A stretch of DNA of 64,000 nucleotides from Marsupella aquatica (taxonomy: Eukaryota; Plantae; Marchantiophyta). The stretch lies in the NCBI GenBank assembly GCA_973895155.1, contig OZ316898.1:9623761-9687760 (forward strand). The letters are read 5' to 3'. Of this stretch, positions 36,750-48,805 are shown piece by piece (positions within the stretch are counted from its first letter, which is position 1; every line of letters starts with the position of its first letter). Made by a program: the position numbers and the translations under genes. The notes under the pieces are model-generated. The model was not told where the DNA came from and did no database searches. It saw only the letters and a list, made by a program, of their open reading frames with translations.

Positions 36750-37736
36750 CTACACAATGACGCTGCCAAATGGTACCAAGGATCTTACAATTTCAAAATC
36801 CCCAACCCTGAGAATCAGGTCTGCCCTGGAGGGGTGGTAGTGGTTCTCTTCAATGCCTGGGGCGGCACGGTACACTGCCACATAACCGGTTGAGAAAGGC
36901 TGGCCTAGGTGCTGCCTCCCAGGGGTAGGCTGAGCAATAATTAAATCCCCTCTCATTGGTTGAAACTGTTCTAAAGGGTACTGGTCGCCCACAAAATTGA
37001 TGTTAAAATTGTCTTGGTACCCTTGCATGCGCAACATGTATTCGCCTGAAGGGTCATCCTCATCATCAAAGTAATCTCTAAGAAGACCTAACTCATTATT
37101 AGGATCATACCATGGTCTACCCAAACCTTGTGCACCCGCTCGTGCAATTTCCCTTGCACGTTCCGCTGCATGTTCCGCTGGTGTAATCAGATCCACGTCA
37201 TCAATGTCATCATCTGAATTCAGCTCAGTTGAGTCAAGACGTGAAGTGTCTAGAGTACCATGTATGTCGAGACTACCGGGTACACTGGAACTACCATGGA
37301 CGTTTGGACTACCGTGTATGTTTGGACTACCGCGTATGTCTGGACTACCATGAGGACTACCACGCCAACCCTGGTTCTGCTGCTGTCGACCAAGAGACAA
37401 AGTGGTAGCCAGTGGCTGCCTATTTGCAGGGTTTGTCTCCCTGTCAAGAACGTAATTGTGTGGAGTGTGTGGGTTGGGGTCTCTTCTGAATCTAGAGGGT
37501 ATTACACTAGTCTCTGCATTATCCCCTCTATTATTTGTGGCCCTGCCTCTCCTCTCATCGCTACTGACTGGAGATCTAGATCTAGACCTTGATCTGGATC
37601 TAGACCTAGACCTAGACCTTGGTTCATGCAAGTTCTGGGACCCGCTAGCCAGTCCGTTGCAAATTTGTGTGGTCATGTTCTCATCGGATTCCTCATCACT
37701 ACTGTTATCTGTTGCATCTGGCACGAGATGTGGCAT
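36750..37736 (-). CDS. Orphan protein with an acidic N-terminus, (RS)8 tract, GSP repeats and xRGD-like motifs
   Basis: 328-aa ATG-initiated ORF. The RS tract codons vary only at synonymous positions. There is a GTAAGA donor after codon 316. Confidence 0.65.
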   Translation of the reverse strand: MPHLVPDATDNSSDEESDENMTTQICNGLASGSQNLHEPRSRSRSRSRSRSRSRSPVSSDERRGRATNNRGDNAETSVIPSRFRRDPNPHTPHNYVLDRETNPANRQPLATTLSLGRQQQNQGWRGSPHGSPDIRGSPNIHGSPNVHGSSSVPGSLDIHGTLDTSRLDSTELNSDDDIDDVDLITPAEHAAERAREIARAGAQGLGRPWYDPNNELGLLRDYFDDEDDPSGEYMLRMQGYQDNFNINFVGDQYPLEQFQPMRGDLIIAQPTPGRQHLGQPFSTGYVAVYRAAPGIEENHYHPSRADLILRVGDFEIVRSLVPFGSVIV

Positions 37737-39274
37737 ATTATGTACTATGTCAGAGCCTATTAATCTCTCACGTCATTTCAAAGTATGTAGTAAAGTACTG
37801 TTTACAGAGAATTCTATGGAAACAATGCCTCAAAAAATTAGAGTCTTGGCTTGAGTTTTGAAGTGCTATTATTGCCCATAATGCTCAGATAACATGACCT
37901 TAATACACTTAAAAGTCTAAGGGATTTGTATTTTAACTAATACTAGTGCTTTATAGAAAATTCTTCATCATGAGTTTCCAAATCTCAAAGGATACCTCTA
38001 TCATAATGCCTGAAACATACAAAGAGGGGAAATCACAAAGGGCATGAAGAATAGAAAAGGCTCAATCAAATGTGGGGCTTTGGAATCTAGTAGTGTTCTA
38101 TTTGTAGGGCATTGTGGCCATAACACCCTGAAAATGAGGGATTTAGCAGAGTTTTGATAATCTATTATTGCTTGTAATGGTCTACTAACAGCATGCTAAC
38201 ACATTAAAGCCTAGGAGATTGTTAATTTAGGAAAAGTAGAGGAGAAGTTCCATCATGTGCCAATCAAAATATTGACTTTGCATCTATTTCCAGACATGCA
38301 CTGATCAAAAATTACAAAGCAAAAAATCACGAATGGCATTCAGTATACAACAATCAAACTTGACTAGCTAGGTAGAGAGACCTACTAACTATCTAAAGGA
38401 CAGATAGAGGCTGGTGTTCAGACAATAGGGGGAACGGGAAGTATGTGTTTGAAGACAGAAATTCATTACCATCAATCTAATTCATGCAAGATCTAATGAA
38501 TTGTGGTGCCAGGTAATTGTGTTATGGGGAGAAGATCATATAGGACAGAAAAGATTGATCTTGACATAAGGTATATATGGAAGCGCAAGTATGAGCCATG
38601 ACAGCTTCTCAGTGAGAAGCTTCAGATCACTTTAGTTTCTTCAAGATATATGTACATGATTTAGTGACAACATTAGATTATTACATCTCCAGTACATTAG
38701 AGACTCTTTTCCCAACTATTTGATTCCCCTACAGATGCCCAACCTTAAATGCATTCGGACATGACATGTAGTGGACTTTGAAACTCAAGATTAGCTTCTG
38801 TGCAAAGATGGATTGCCAAAGGAATGGATCTTGCTTGAGGATTTCTCATTATAGTCATGTTCCACAAAATCCCAATCTAAAATTCATGTAATAAACATGT
38901 AAGAAAACCTGGTCTTTGACTGCTGTAGTGTTTTCATATTGTTGAAGAATCAAATCTATAGGTAGTATGAGCGACACAGTCCCTTTTGGGTTTATAGTTT
39001 TTGCTTAACATTTTATATGCATTGTGATTACCTTGACTCACCACATTCAAAGTTTTCAACAACCGGCCAGTAAAGGGCCAGTAATGACCTTATTATCAAT
39101 TTGAGGGCAGTGAAAACCAATCTGTAGATAAACACGTCATTGTTCAGCTGTATATGTAATATTGCTTGCCAATAAGGAAAACAGGAACAGAAATCTTCAT
39201 GTTTGATGACTATTTTGAGACAAAAAATTCAAATTTAGCCACATACCCAAGAAGTACAACTCAGCATTTTGAAA

Positions 39275-39691
39275 TTAAAATCCACCATCAGTACCTCTAT
39301 CCCAAATACCTGCAAACTGATGACCTTCTTGGCCTTCAACTCCATGGGCTACACCAGCCTGTGGGTAAAACACATGATCCTGCCGGGCTACACCAGCCTG
39401 TGTGTGAAACACATGATCCTGCCGAGCTACACCAGCCTGTGGGTGAAGCGGATGATCCGGCTCAATGGTCCCGTGTCGTAATCGGTATTCCCGTGCCATT
39501 TCTATATCATTCTCTATTTTTTCATATACTTCGTTAAAGTATTTTGTAGTTATCAAATCTCGTATGAACTCCTCTCTATGCTGAAAGTCTGTGAATGTAG
39601 GCCATGTCTCTGGATCTGTAGGAAGATTGAATATTCCTTTTGGGGATGTTGAGAGGGTAGTCATGGCTGCCAAAGTAGGAAGATGTAGCAA
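39275..39691 (-). CDS. Small orphan ORF with a 13-aa (39-bp) tandem repeat
   Basis: First ATG at 39664; QAGVARQDHVF repeated about 2.5-3 times; no recognised domain. Confidence 0.35.
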   Translation of the reverse strand: MLHLPTLAAMTTLSTSPKGIFNLPTDPETWPTFTDFQHREEFIRDLITTKYFNEVYEKIENDIEMAREYRLRHGTIEPDHPLHPQAGVARQDHVFHTQAGVARQDHVFYPQAGVAHGVEGQEGHQFAGIWDRGTDGGF

Positions 39692-40674
39692 AGGCCACGG
39701 TCAGGGTATCTCAAGTTGTTTATTCAAAATCAGAAGTACAATGCCACCAAATTTCTATTTGTCCAAACAGATTAATCTATTGAGTTATCGGGATCCGGGT
39801 AGTCTTGTAGCACAAGAGATTCCCCAGAAGTCCCAACTTTAGATGAGTGGGCGTTCCAGGCAATATTTGGGGTTTTTGGGGTCAATCGTAGCCCCTCACC
39901 TACGGGCACAGTAGCCAACAAGTATCTATCCCGGGCTGGTCCCTACTGGCTCTGACCTATCCCAATCAATACAATTTTGGAATTATCCATATGTACATAT
40001 ATTAGTAGTGGCTAAAAAGGAAAAGGCCCCAAATCCTGAAGTTTGATTTGATCCAAGATGGGAAATTCTCGGTGGTAGATTTGCTGATAGAAAGGGAAAC
40101 ACAAACAACCCCCGTTCACAGATCAAAATAATGAGAAGAGAAGGGTCGCGACTCTTCCCTGGCCAATCAGAGGATAAATTAGAAAGTAATATAAAGGTAG
40201 CAGTGAGGACAAATTTTGAGTATTGTATTTAGTTCTAGTAGTTTTCCGACAAAATATTAATTTCTCCCTTTGCTGGTTGCTTCCTTTCCTTGCTGGTTGC
40301 TTCCTTTCCTTCCTCCATTGCCTCTTCTTTGCATTCTGTCCCTTCAATCCTTCCTTCTGCCTCAACGACTTCCCTAACCCAGAGGGTAGTTTTGTTGATT
40401 TTAAAATTTATGGGTACCTATGTAATTATGGCAGCTTGTAAAAAGTAAAATAAAACTAGGGAACTAGTTAAGACTTAAGAGGGCTCAGACGGGGGGACAC
40501 GATCACATTTACAGCAGACCCAATAAAGGGGACGGAACAAGGGAAATACCCAAGAGTCTTAGTGAGAGTTTGGGCTTGGTTCCATAGGCTGGGAGTGAAG
40601 AGTACAGATCTGCTCTCAGAATGTGTGTCAATAAGATTGCAGCTTTTACAAGGATTAGGGGAGTACAAATACTA

Positions 40675-41128
40675 CAGTCCAATCTCTCTAAGTGCACACT
40701 CCATAAGCGCTTACCCTTGATTACCGCAGGTCATCCTGTTCTTCACTTTTTTTTACATGGGGAAGTACTTTTTCTGAGCGCACATAGGGCTCAAATCATA
40801 CGTGCTACCCTTGATAAGTGTCACTATTATCTTATCGGTAAACAGACAAAATCATGAAATCACACTCACAGATAAATGCATACCCATTCTTAGTAGAGTA
40901 TAGAATGCACTTAAGGAGGGTTGGCACAGAATTAGGGCAGGGATATGAGTAAGAGGGTGACTACTCACTAACTGAGAGGCTCTAAATTTGACAAAGGAAT
41001 CTAAAACAAGTGCACTTATCAATAAGTGCACCTCTAAGGGGGGGTGCACTTATCAAGGAATGCAACACCTGGTTTAGTGCATGCCAGATCCGTCTTCCTG
41101 ATAGTGTGCACTTAGAGAGAGTTAACTG
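40675..41128. mobile_element. MITE (Tc1/mariner/pogo-type, 454 bp)
   Basis: TIR CAGTCCAATCTCTCTAAGTGCACACT (40675-40700) matches the reverse complement of 41103-41128, CAGTTAACTCTCTCTAAGTGCACACT, at 23/26. TA flanks both ends. An internal palindrome GTGCACTTAT-CA-ATAAGTGCAC lies at 41010-41031. Confidence 0.85.
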
Positions 41129-41789
41129 TATACTAGACAGTACAATTTCCCTCACACCCCCTGGTCCACACCAGGGTGTGCACTTCCCCTGCATAGTACC
41201 AGGGCATATGGCATTCTCATTGGGTGTCAAGTCCTATGTACACCTTGGAATACAGCTTGTTTGGTCCCAAGGGATGCAACAGGGAATGCTTGTACTCCCT
41301 ATCCCCTGCCCAGTACAAAGAAGCGATTCCTGTATCGTGATGCCTTTTGTGATTTTTCACTTTGTATTTTTCAGTGCATTCTTGGAAAAAATGCCCAGTC
41401 AATATTTAAATCACCTCTTTAGGAAAATTCCCTCTAGCTGTTACTAAAATTAGTACAAGAAAAATTTCTCAGGCCTTTAAGTGTATCACCATGACATCCT
41501 ATTTCTAGAGCATTATTGGCAATAGTTGTCCCTCAAAACTCAAGTTGAATCTCTCATTTTGGGGGGCATTACATCCCACAAATGCTTTGTAAACAAGACA
41601 TAAGTATATACGTAAACCCCCTATTGCCGGTTTCTCTTTGTGTTTCTACAGATGGCTTTGAGCCATAACCTCGCTTGCCAGCCTGGTTTGGGGGTTACGC
41701 GATTTCAGCCCCCAGTGGCTAGCCGGTCTGGAGGGGGATTAATCCTACTCATTTTAGTAAAACTAGAGGGTGAGTGTAACCCCCTCAGG

Positions 41790-43470
41790 CTCGCTACCCT
41801 GGGGAATTACATCCCATAACCCCCTTGTGGCCATAGGTAACCCCTTGCGGCCACTGGTTACCCTACAAACCCCAATTTAAGGAATACTGAATTATTAGAT
41901 TAATCCCAATTTTATCTAAATATTATTAGGTAATGAATGATCAACCTCTTTAACATTTTTTGGGATAAACTCAAAAAAACCTCAAATGTTCCTTTTGCAA
42001 TCTGTCCCTTTGTTTGTTTGTAAACACTTTTGTGCACTTTTCTCTTTGTATTTTTATGGATGGTTATGAGCCATAATCCCCTGCCAGCCTGGCACAAGGC
42101 TTCTGAGATTTCTGCCCCCCTAGCTAGCCCTCCTGAAGGGAGAAAAATTACACTCAGGGGCCATGGGTGTAGCCTCCTTGGGCTCAACACCCTCTGGAAC
42201 TACATCCCATAACCCCCTGCAGCCATGGGTTACCTTACACTTTCATGGGCAATCCATCCCTCCATTCCTTCCTTCCTTCCTTTGGTCCTTCCTTGCTCAT
42301 GCTCTTTAATCCATGGCCACTCTGGGGTCATGGCTCTAACCCACTCGGCCTTGTCGCCCTGGGGGATTACATCCCATAACCCCCTTGCAGACATGGGTTA
42401 CCCTGCACTTTCCTTCGCAATCTGTCCCTTTGTTCGATCCTTCCTTCCCTCATTGTTTCCTTAATAAAGCTCTTTAATCATTTCCACTCTGGGGTCATGG
42501 CTCTAACCCACTCTGGCCCGTTGTCATGGGGAGTTCCATCCTGTAAATTTGGCATGGAACAAATGATGCGGGTGTGTAATGATTTTGGAGACCCCTGCTG
42601 TATCCATAATCTCCTACCCATGAAGTCATACTCTATAAACATTTTTCCAGAGTGTATTTACGTACCATAAGGATAGTCCGGGTTGGGATTTTAGTGTAAA
42701 CCCTACTCCCAGATTTCTCAACAAAGATTTTTGGCTGTCGTAAATCAGGTTTTCTTCACTTTTCTGGTCACGGGATTACAACCTAATAACCCTCTGCCCA
42801 TACTGTCATTGTCCTATACACAACCCTCTCATGGCCATGGGTGCCACCCCCCCCCCCCCCTACTTTACTTTGCAATCTGTCCAATTTGCTCTTTAATCCA
42901 TGGCCACTCTGGGGTCACGGCTCTAACCCTAACCACTTTAGTCTATGGCCACTCTGGGGTCCCGGCTCTTACCCACTCTGGGCTCGTTGTCTCAGGAAGG
43001 CCCATCCCATAACACCCCCTTGCAGCCATGTTTTAACCCCCTACTTTCCTTCGCAATCTGTCCCATTGTTCCTTCCTTCCTTCGTAAATCCTGTCAGGAG
43101 AAGAGGTTACACACCGGTGTGTAACCATTTCTACAGGGGCCTGCTATAGTCATAATCTGGTGTCCTGAAAAGTTGAGCCGGTAACCTCTTTCCGGGCAGG
43201 AGTTATGCATGCTAATGCAGGGCAGGGCTGGGGTTATAGGCTGTAACCTGGCCCCGGAATATTCAAAGGAGCTTCCTGGCTGCCGCCGGTCAGTTTCTTT
43301 TCATATTCCGGACCCAGGGTTACAGCCTAGTAACCCTGCGCCCAGACCTGCATTACCCAATACGCAATCCATGGCCACTCTGGGTCATGACTCTAAAAAA
43401 TCCCCTCTGGCTCGTTGTCGAGTTCCAGTCTACAACACCCCCCTTGCGGCCATGGGTAACCCCCGTTTAC
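41790..43470. repeat. Complex degenerate repeat array upstream of RBM22
   Basis: Recurrent ATGGCCACTCTGGGGTCA (about 42313, 42484, 42900, 42945, 43371) and CATCCCATAAC(A)CCCC (about 41810, 42203, 42370, 43003) modules. Confidence 0.8.
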
Positions 43471-43479
43471 TTTCCTTCG

Positions 43480-43916
43480 CATCCGTCCCTTCCTTCGTTC
43501 CTTCGTTCCTTGCGTTCCTTCCTTCCTTGCGTTCCTTCCTTGCGTTCGTTCGTTTTTCCTTGCGTTCGTTCGTTTTTCCTTGCGTTCGTTCGTTTTTCCT
43601 TGCGTTGGTTCCTTTGTTCCTTGCGTTGGTTCCTTTGTTCCTTTGTTAGTTCCTTCCGTTCCTTGCGTCCCTTGCGTCCCTTGCGTTCCTTGCGTTCTTT
43701 GCGTCCTTGCGTGCGTTCCTTTGTTCGTTCGTGCGTTCCTTGCGTTCCTTGCGTCCCTTGCGTCCTTGCATCCTTCGTTTGTTCCTTGTGTTCCTTCGTT
43801 TGTTCCTTGCGTTTTGCGTTCCTTCGTTCGTTTCCTTCGTATTTTTACTTCTCGTGCTGCAGAACACAACACAACACAACACAACACAGCACAACACAAC
43901 ACAGCACAACACAACA
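43480..43916. repeat. Low-complexity CCTTGCGTT-type tract followed by (ACACA)n
   Basis: Direct reading; it accounts for the many spurious ORFs at 43.2-44.2 kb. Confidence 0.9.
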
Positions 43917-44618
43917 GATGTAAAAAGAGGAAGAGCTCAGCTGCACGGGACGCTTCGTCGGGTAGGGTTAGGGCAGAAAGCGGGGAGGAGGAGCTTCGAG
44001 GAGGAGCTTCGAGAGGGAACGAAGACGGGACGAACGGGAAGGACGTCGACCGGGCTCTGCTGCTCGCTGCTGTGGACGCGGTGGGGAGACGAGAAAACAA
44101 TTGAAAGGGAAAGGGCGAGCGGAGTTAGTCGCATCGGTTGCGGAGACTGCTCGAGTTGTGAGTGAGTCAGTTATAGTGAGTGAGTGGGCTCGTGCTTGTT
44201 GTGCTTTGCTTTTGCAGAGGAGAGGAGAGGAGAGGAGAGCAGAGGCGGAGAAGAGGCGGAGAAGAGGCGGAGAAGAGCTATACAGGAATCGCTTCTTCAT
44301 AATTGCTGTGTAGGTTAGTGTTTCGTTCTTCGTTCTGATCTCGTCGAGGAAGAAGTTGGTGGAGTGGTCGTCGGAGAAGCGGGAAGAGGAGTTGGAAATT
44401 GTTGCAGTCGCGGTCTGTCCTCTTGGAAGTGTGTCGGGTTCATCTGTGGGACCTCATTCTAGACACAGGGAGAGCTCGATTTACGCTTAGCTCGGAGGGT
44501 TTGAGGGAGGTTGGCAGCGAATTTGGGGGAGCAGGAAACGGAAGGACATCCTAGCGTAGGAACGAACGCTTTGGAACGGAACAGGAAGAGAAAGGAGGGT
44601 AGCGAGTAAGCCAGCAGG

Positions 44619-46813
44619 ATGGCGCATCGGCTCCTGCGAGACGTGGAGGCCGATGGATGGGAACGGTCGGATTTCCCGATCATTTGTGAGTCGTGCCTGG
44701 GTGACAACCCGTACGTGAGAATGGTAAATTGACAAACTCCTTGTTAGAGACTAGTTCCTAGGTTGTTCCTTTTCTTGTATGAACGCAATCCTCCTTGGTT
44801 CAGTGAAAGTGTCTCCTTACTCTATGTAGATTGTTTTCAAGCTCTTCTGCAGGGCCTAGTGTAGTTCTCTTTGTGGTTAGGGTTTTGCACACTATAACTT
44901 CCATTAGAGGACGTGGTCTTTCTGTCACTGGATTTCTACCGGCTATTTTGCTCTTGGAATGATGTAGTCCATGTACTGATGATTAGGGTTCTTTCCTCTT
45001 TGGACCTTGCAGACGAAAGCCAATTTTGACAAGGAGTGTAAGATCTGCACAAGGCCTTTCACGGTCTTTCGGTGGAGGCCCGGGAGGGACGCACGGTACA
45101 AGAAGTCCGAAGTGTGCCAAACATGCAGCAAGCTGAAGAATGTGTGCCAAGTGTGCTTGCTGGACTTGGAGTATGGGCTGCCCGTGCAGGTACGGGACAC
45201 AGCTCTGGGAATCAACGCAGGTGATGTAGTTGCGATTCCGAAGAGCGACGTGAATCGCGAGTACTTCGCTGAGGAGCAGGACCGCAAGGCTAGGGCAGGG
45301 CTGGACTATGAATCTTCTTATGGAAAAGCGCGGCCTAATGACACGATATTGAAATTGCAACGAACGACCCCGTACTACAAACGTAATCGTGCGCACATAT
45401 GTAGTTTTTATGTGCGTGGAGAATGCACACGAGGGGCAGAATGTCCTTATCGCCACGAAATGCCCGTCACTGGCGAGCTTTCACAGCAGAATATCAAAGA
45501 CCGTTATTATGGGTACATATACTTCCCACTTTTGTTTCCTGCCTTGGCAGCAATTTACTCGTCTCCTTACTTCCTTTACGTCTACTGTTAGAATTCATAC
45601 CATTAGAACTAAACGGGTCTGATTTGTCGTCTTCGTCAAATCACTGAATTAGGTTTCAAAGCTACCTTAGGGGAGAAGTCATTCGTGTAAGGGTGGGCTT
45701 GGCAGGATATGTTAATGCCCGAAGCTTGAGCCCTAGTTCTTTGAAAGAACCATATATCACAAAATACAGTTGGGCGAAGTTATTATTCGAGATCCTGTGG
45801 AAACAGTGTCATATATGTCTAAGTAGTTATGGTCTGCTGCAGGATCTTAGTTACGGACACCGTTTAGATAGTATTTTCACACGAAGTGTTTTGTGCAATC
45901 ATTTCCAGTGTATCGACTGGAATTGTCGTAGAAGGGACTTTTGTTAGAAGTCAGGAATAAGAAACATTCAATTAACAATTGCTCTGTTCTTATTTTCAGA
46001 GTGAACGACCCAGTTGCCGCGAAGCTATTGAGGAAGGCCGGGGAGATGCCTTCACTTAATGCTCCTGACGATGAGAGCATCAAAACATTGTATGTGGGTG
46101 GCCTTGATCAGCGGATTTCGGAGGAGGATCTAAAGGATCAGTTCTATGCATATGGCGAGATTGAAAGTATTCGTTTGGTAGCTCAAAGAGCATGCGCCTT
46201 CATAACATACACGACGCGAGAGGGTGCAGAGAAAGCTGCGGACCATCTCGCCAATAAACTGGTGATCAAGGGACTGAGGTTGAAGTTGATGTGGGGGAAG
46301 CCGCAGCTTCCAAAGCCTGAAACGGACGGAGGGGACGATATCGCTGCCAAATCGAATGTTAGTGGTGGCATTCTTTCACATGGAGGCATGCTCCCACGTG
46401 CTGTAATTTCGCACCAACAGCAACAAACTCATCAACATCAGGACCAGGCTCCACTCAATTACTTTAACATTCCTCCGCCACCTCCTCCGTCTGATCGATC
46501 GTTCTATCCATCGATGGATCCTCAGAGGATGGGTGCAGTTAGTTCTGCTAGTAATAGTCAAGATGCGTCCAACTCTGGGCCGCCAGGAGACTCCAGTCAA
46601 CAGAATCAGCAGCAATCGCAGTATGGTCCCCCACGAGGACCGCCAGGACCTTATAGCTACATGCAAGGACCTCATGCTCAATACCAGCAACCCCCGTTCC
46701 ATCCTTCCTACTCCCAACCTGGTGGTGCCCCTGGAACATACCCATATCCTCCTGCCTATCATTCTGGGCCACCAATGCCGCCTCCTCAGCAATACTACAG
46801 GCCGCAATTTTGA
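44619..46813 (+). CDS. RBM22: RBM22/Cwc2-Slt11 homolog (plant MAC5; CCCH zinc finger plus RRM); exons 44619-44723, 45013-45512 and 46000-46813
   Basis: [35 protein letters not shown]|[23 protein letters not shown]...[20 protein letters not shown]...DRYYG|VNDPVA...TLYVGGL (RRM), then a Pro/Gln-rich tail; canonical splice sites. Confidence 0.96.
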
Positions 46814-48805
46814 TTTGCACCTTGTCTGTGGACATCCATTAGAAGCCTACAGTCGCTTGGTTCTTGCAGACTAATTTCGTTGACGCGAGTCTCATTTTTT
46901 CCGTGGGGACTTCTGTATAATGGATGTTCATCAGGAAAGGCAGATTTTTAGAGGGTAGGAATTTAGATGTAGCGAGTAGCAGTTTGTAGCAAATCAAGTC
47001 ATCAATACACACTGTCGTTGTGTATCACCAGTGATTTCTGTATCATATGTCGGCGGATTGATATCAGTCTTGGCCTCAACGAATGCGAACTAGGTAGTTA
47101 GTGATCTTGCTTTGAATGAGATAAAAAGGTCACTGTCAAGATCTGATGACCCAAAATGTAAATTCAGTCAACACGTGCAATTATCTCCTTACACCTTGAG
47201 CAATTTACCTTCCTGCAAAGGGTTGTTCGAATTTCTCGTATGTTGTAATGTGTTCGTAATACTCGACGTGAGATGTAGTTGTGAATTCACTAATATACTG
47301 TAATTGATCTGAGTTTGGTTTGTTGTGATATATGTATGGTGATCTTTGAACGTGATACGACCAGGATCTCATGGGTGCTCGAAACTAGAGTCTTCGAATA
47401 ATTACAGTCAAAAGGGACTGCGATAATACTCCTAGCCCTGCAATTCGCCGTTGCCTATGAAACTCAGTTCGAGTCTCTCAAAATTGTAGCCTACCATCTA
47501 CAAATTTCTAAACCACTACATAGATTTCCTTGTGCAGAAACATTTACATGAGGTTATTGATCTGATACAAGTGTCCTAAAACTGAATTGAGCTAGCTGCA
47601 ACCAAACCGAAGTTAGCAAATAAATGACTCAGGTATCTACATCAATTTTCTTGAGCGTTTGGCCTAAAATTGAACTGAGCTAGCTCTGACGGAATCTTCG
47701 CTAGCAAATAACAGACCTCAAAATCAACGCTAGCAAAAAAACCGACTCAGGCATCCACATCAATTTTCTTGAGCTTTTGACCCCTAAACTATTTTTTCCA
47801 CCTCGAATCAGAGGCCTCAAACACCACATAATAGCTGTCACTAGCATAGGAATTCTACTTGAGCCATTTAATGTAAGCTCTTCCGAAGTCGGTAGTTTCA
47901 TCTTGTTATATAATAATCATTTGGCAAATGGTTTGGCTTTACCATCCGCGACCCTCGATTGTCGTCGAGCAGCTCTGTGGCCCCTCACAAATCAGTAATT
48001 TCATTCCTTCACAAAACAATTATCTCGCAAATGGGTTCACTTATTTACAATTTTGTCCCAGTTTCAAATTACCATCGACCACACTCAGTTGCCATCGAGC
48101 ACTAGAAGGTTCTGTGGTTACTATCAATTGTCATCTCTTATGATTCTATGAAAGCCAAAAAGTTTATACTCATGGCCAAAGGATGAATTTTGAAGGCGGC
48201 CCACAAAATCAAACAAGGATCATTTAGCGGCACTTGATGAAAGAAGCCAGCATCATTTCCATGACGAAGAACTATGTGACCCTGTTGTAAGAGAACATGA
48301 CATGCTTTCCTTAACTTAGACCTGGAAAACGCCAACTCGTGGTCCAGTCTTGCACCTCATGATATGGCCGTTTCACATTCTGCTGACAGGGGACAGATAA
48401 CAGGCCCAAATATGCCAACAGGCAGCCACTTCAACCTCACGGGGGGATAAGAAAGTCTTGCAACGAGAAAAAACAACCATCCCCAGCCTAAGGGTGGTAG
48501 ACATGAACAACTTCTATTATCGGTTTCTATTTAAAAACACTCGCCTGCTCAGTCCAACGATGAACAACACAACACCTCATTACTGGGAGATGGAAACAAA
48601 CTATTAACTATTGCACGACTGTCGTACAATTCGGACTCTGACCATCTGGTCACAAATCGAAATCGACTTACTATATTCTAAACGTGGGTCTGAACGTGAG
48701 TATTGGGCAGCATTTAGAACCACTAATTTATGCAACCTGCCAAAAGAATATATTTGGGAATGGTCAAAATTGAAATTCGGTACAGAAGTAGGCACTTGGA
48801 GAACA

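Noticed and set aside
39692-39990. Degenerate upstream extension of the 39275-39691 ORF
   Set aside because: About six stops in roughly 100 codons is close to random, so there is no evidence of former coding.
43209-44313. Several long overlapping ORFs of 146-235 aa
   Set aside because: These are artefacts of low-complexity CCTTGCGTT and ACACA tracts that lack stop codons.
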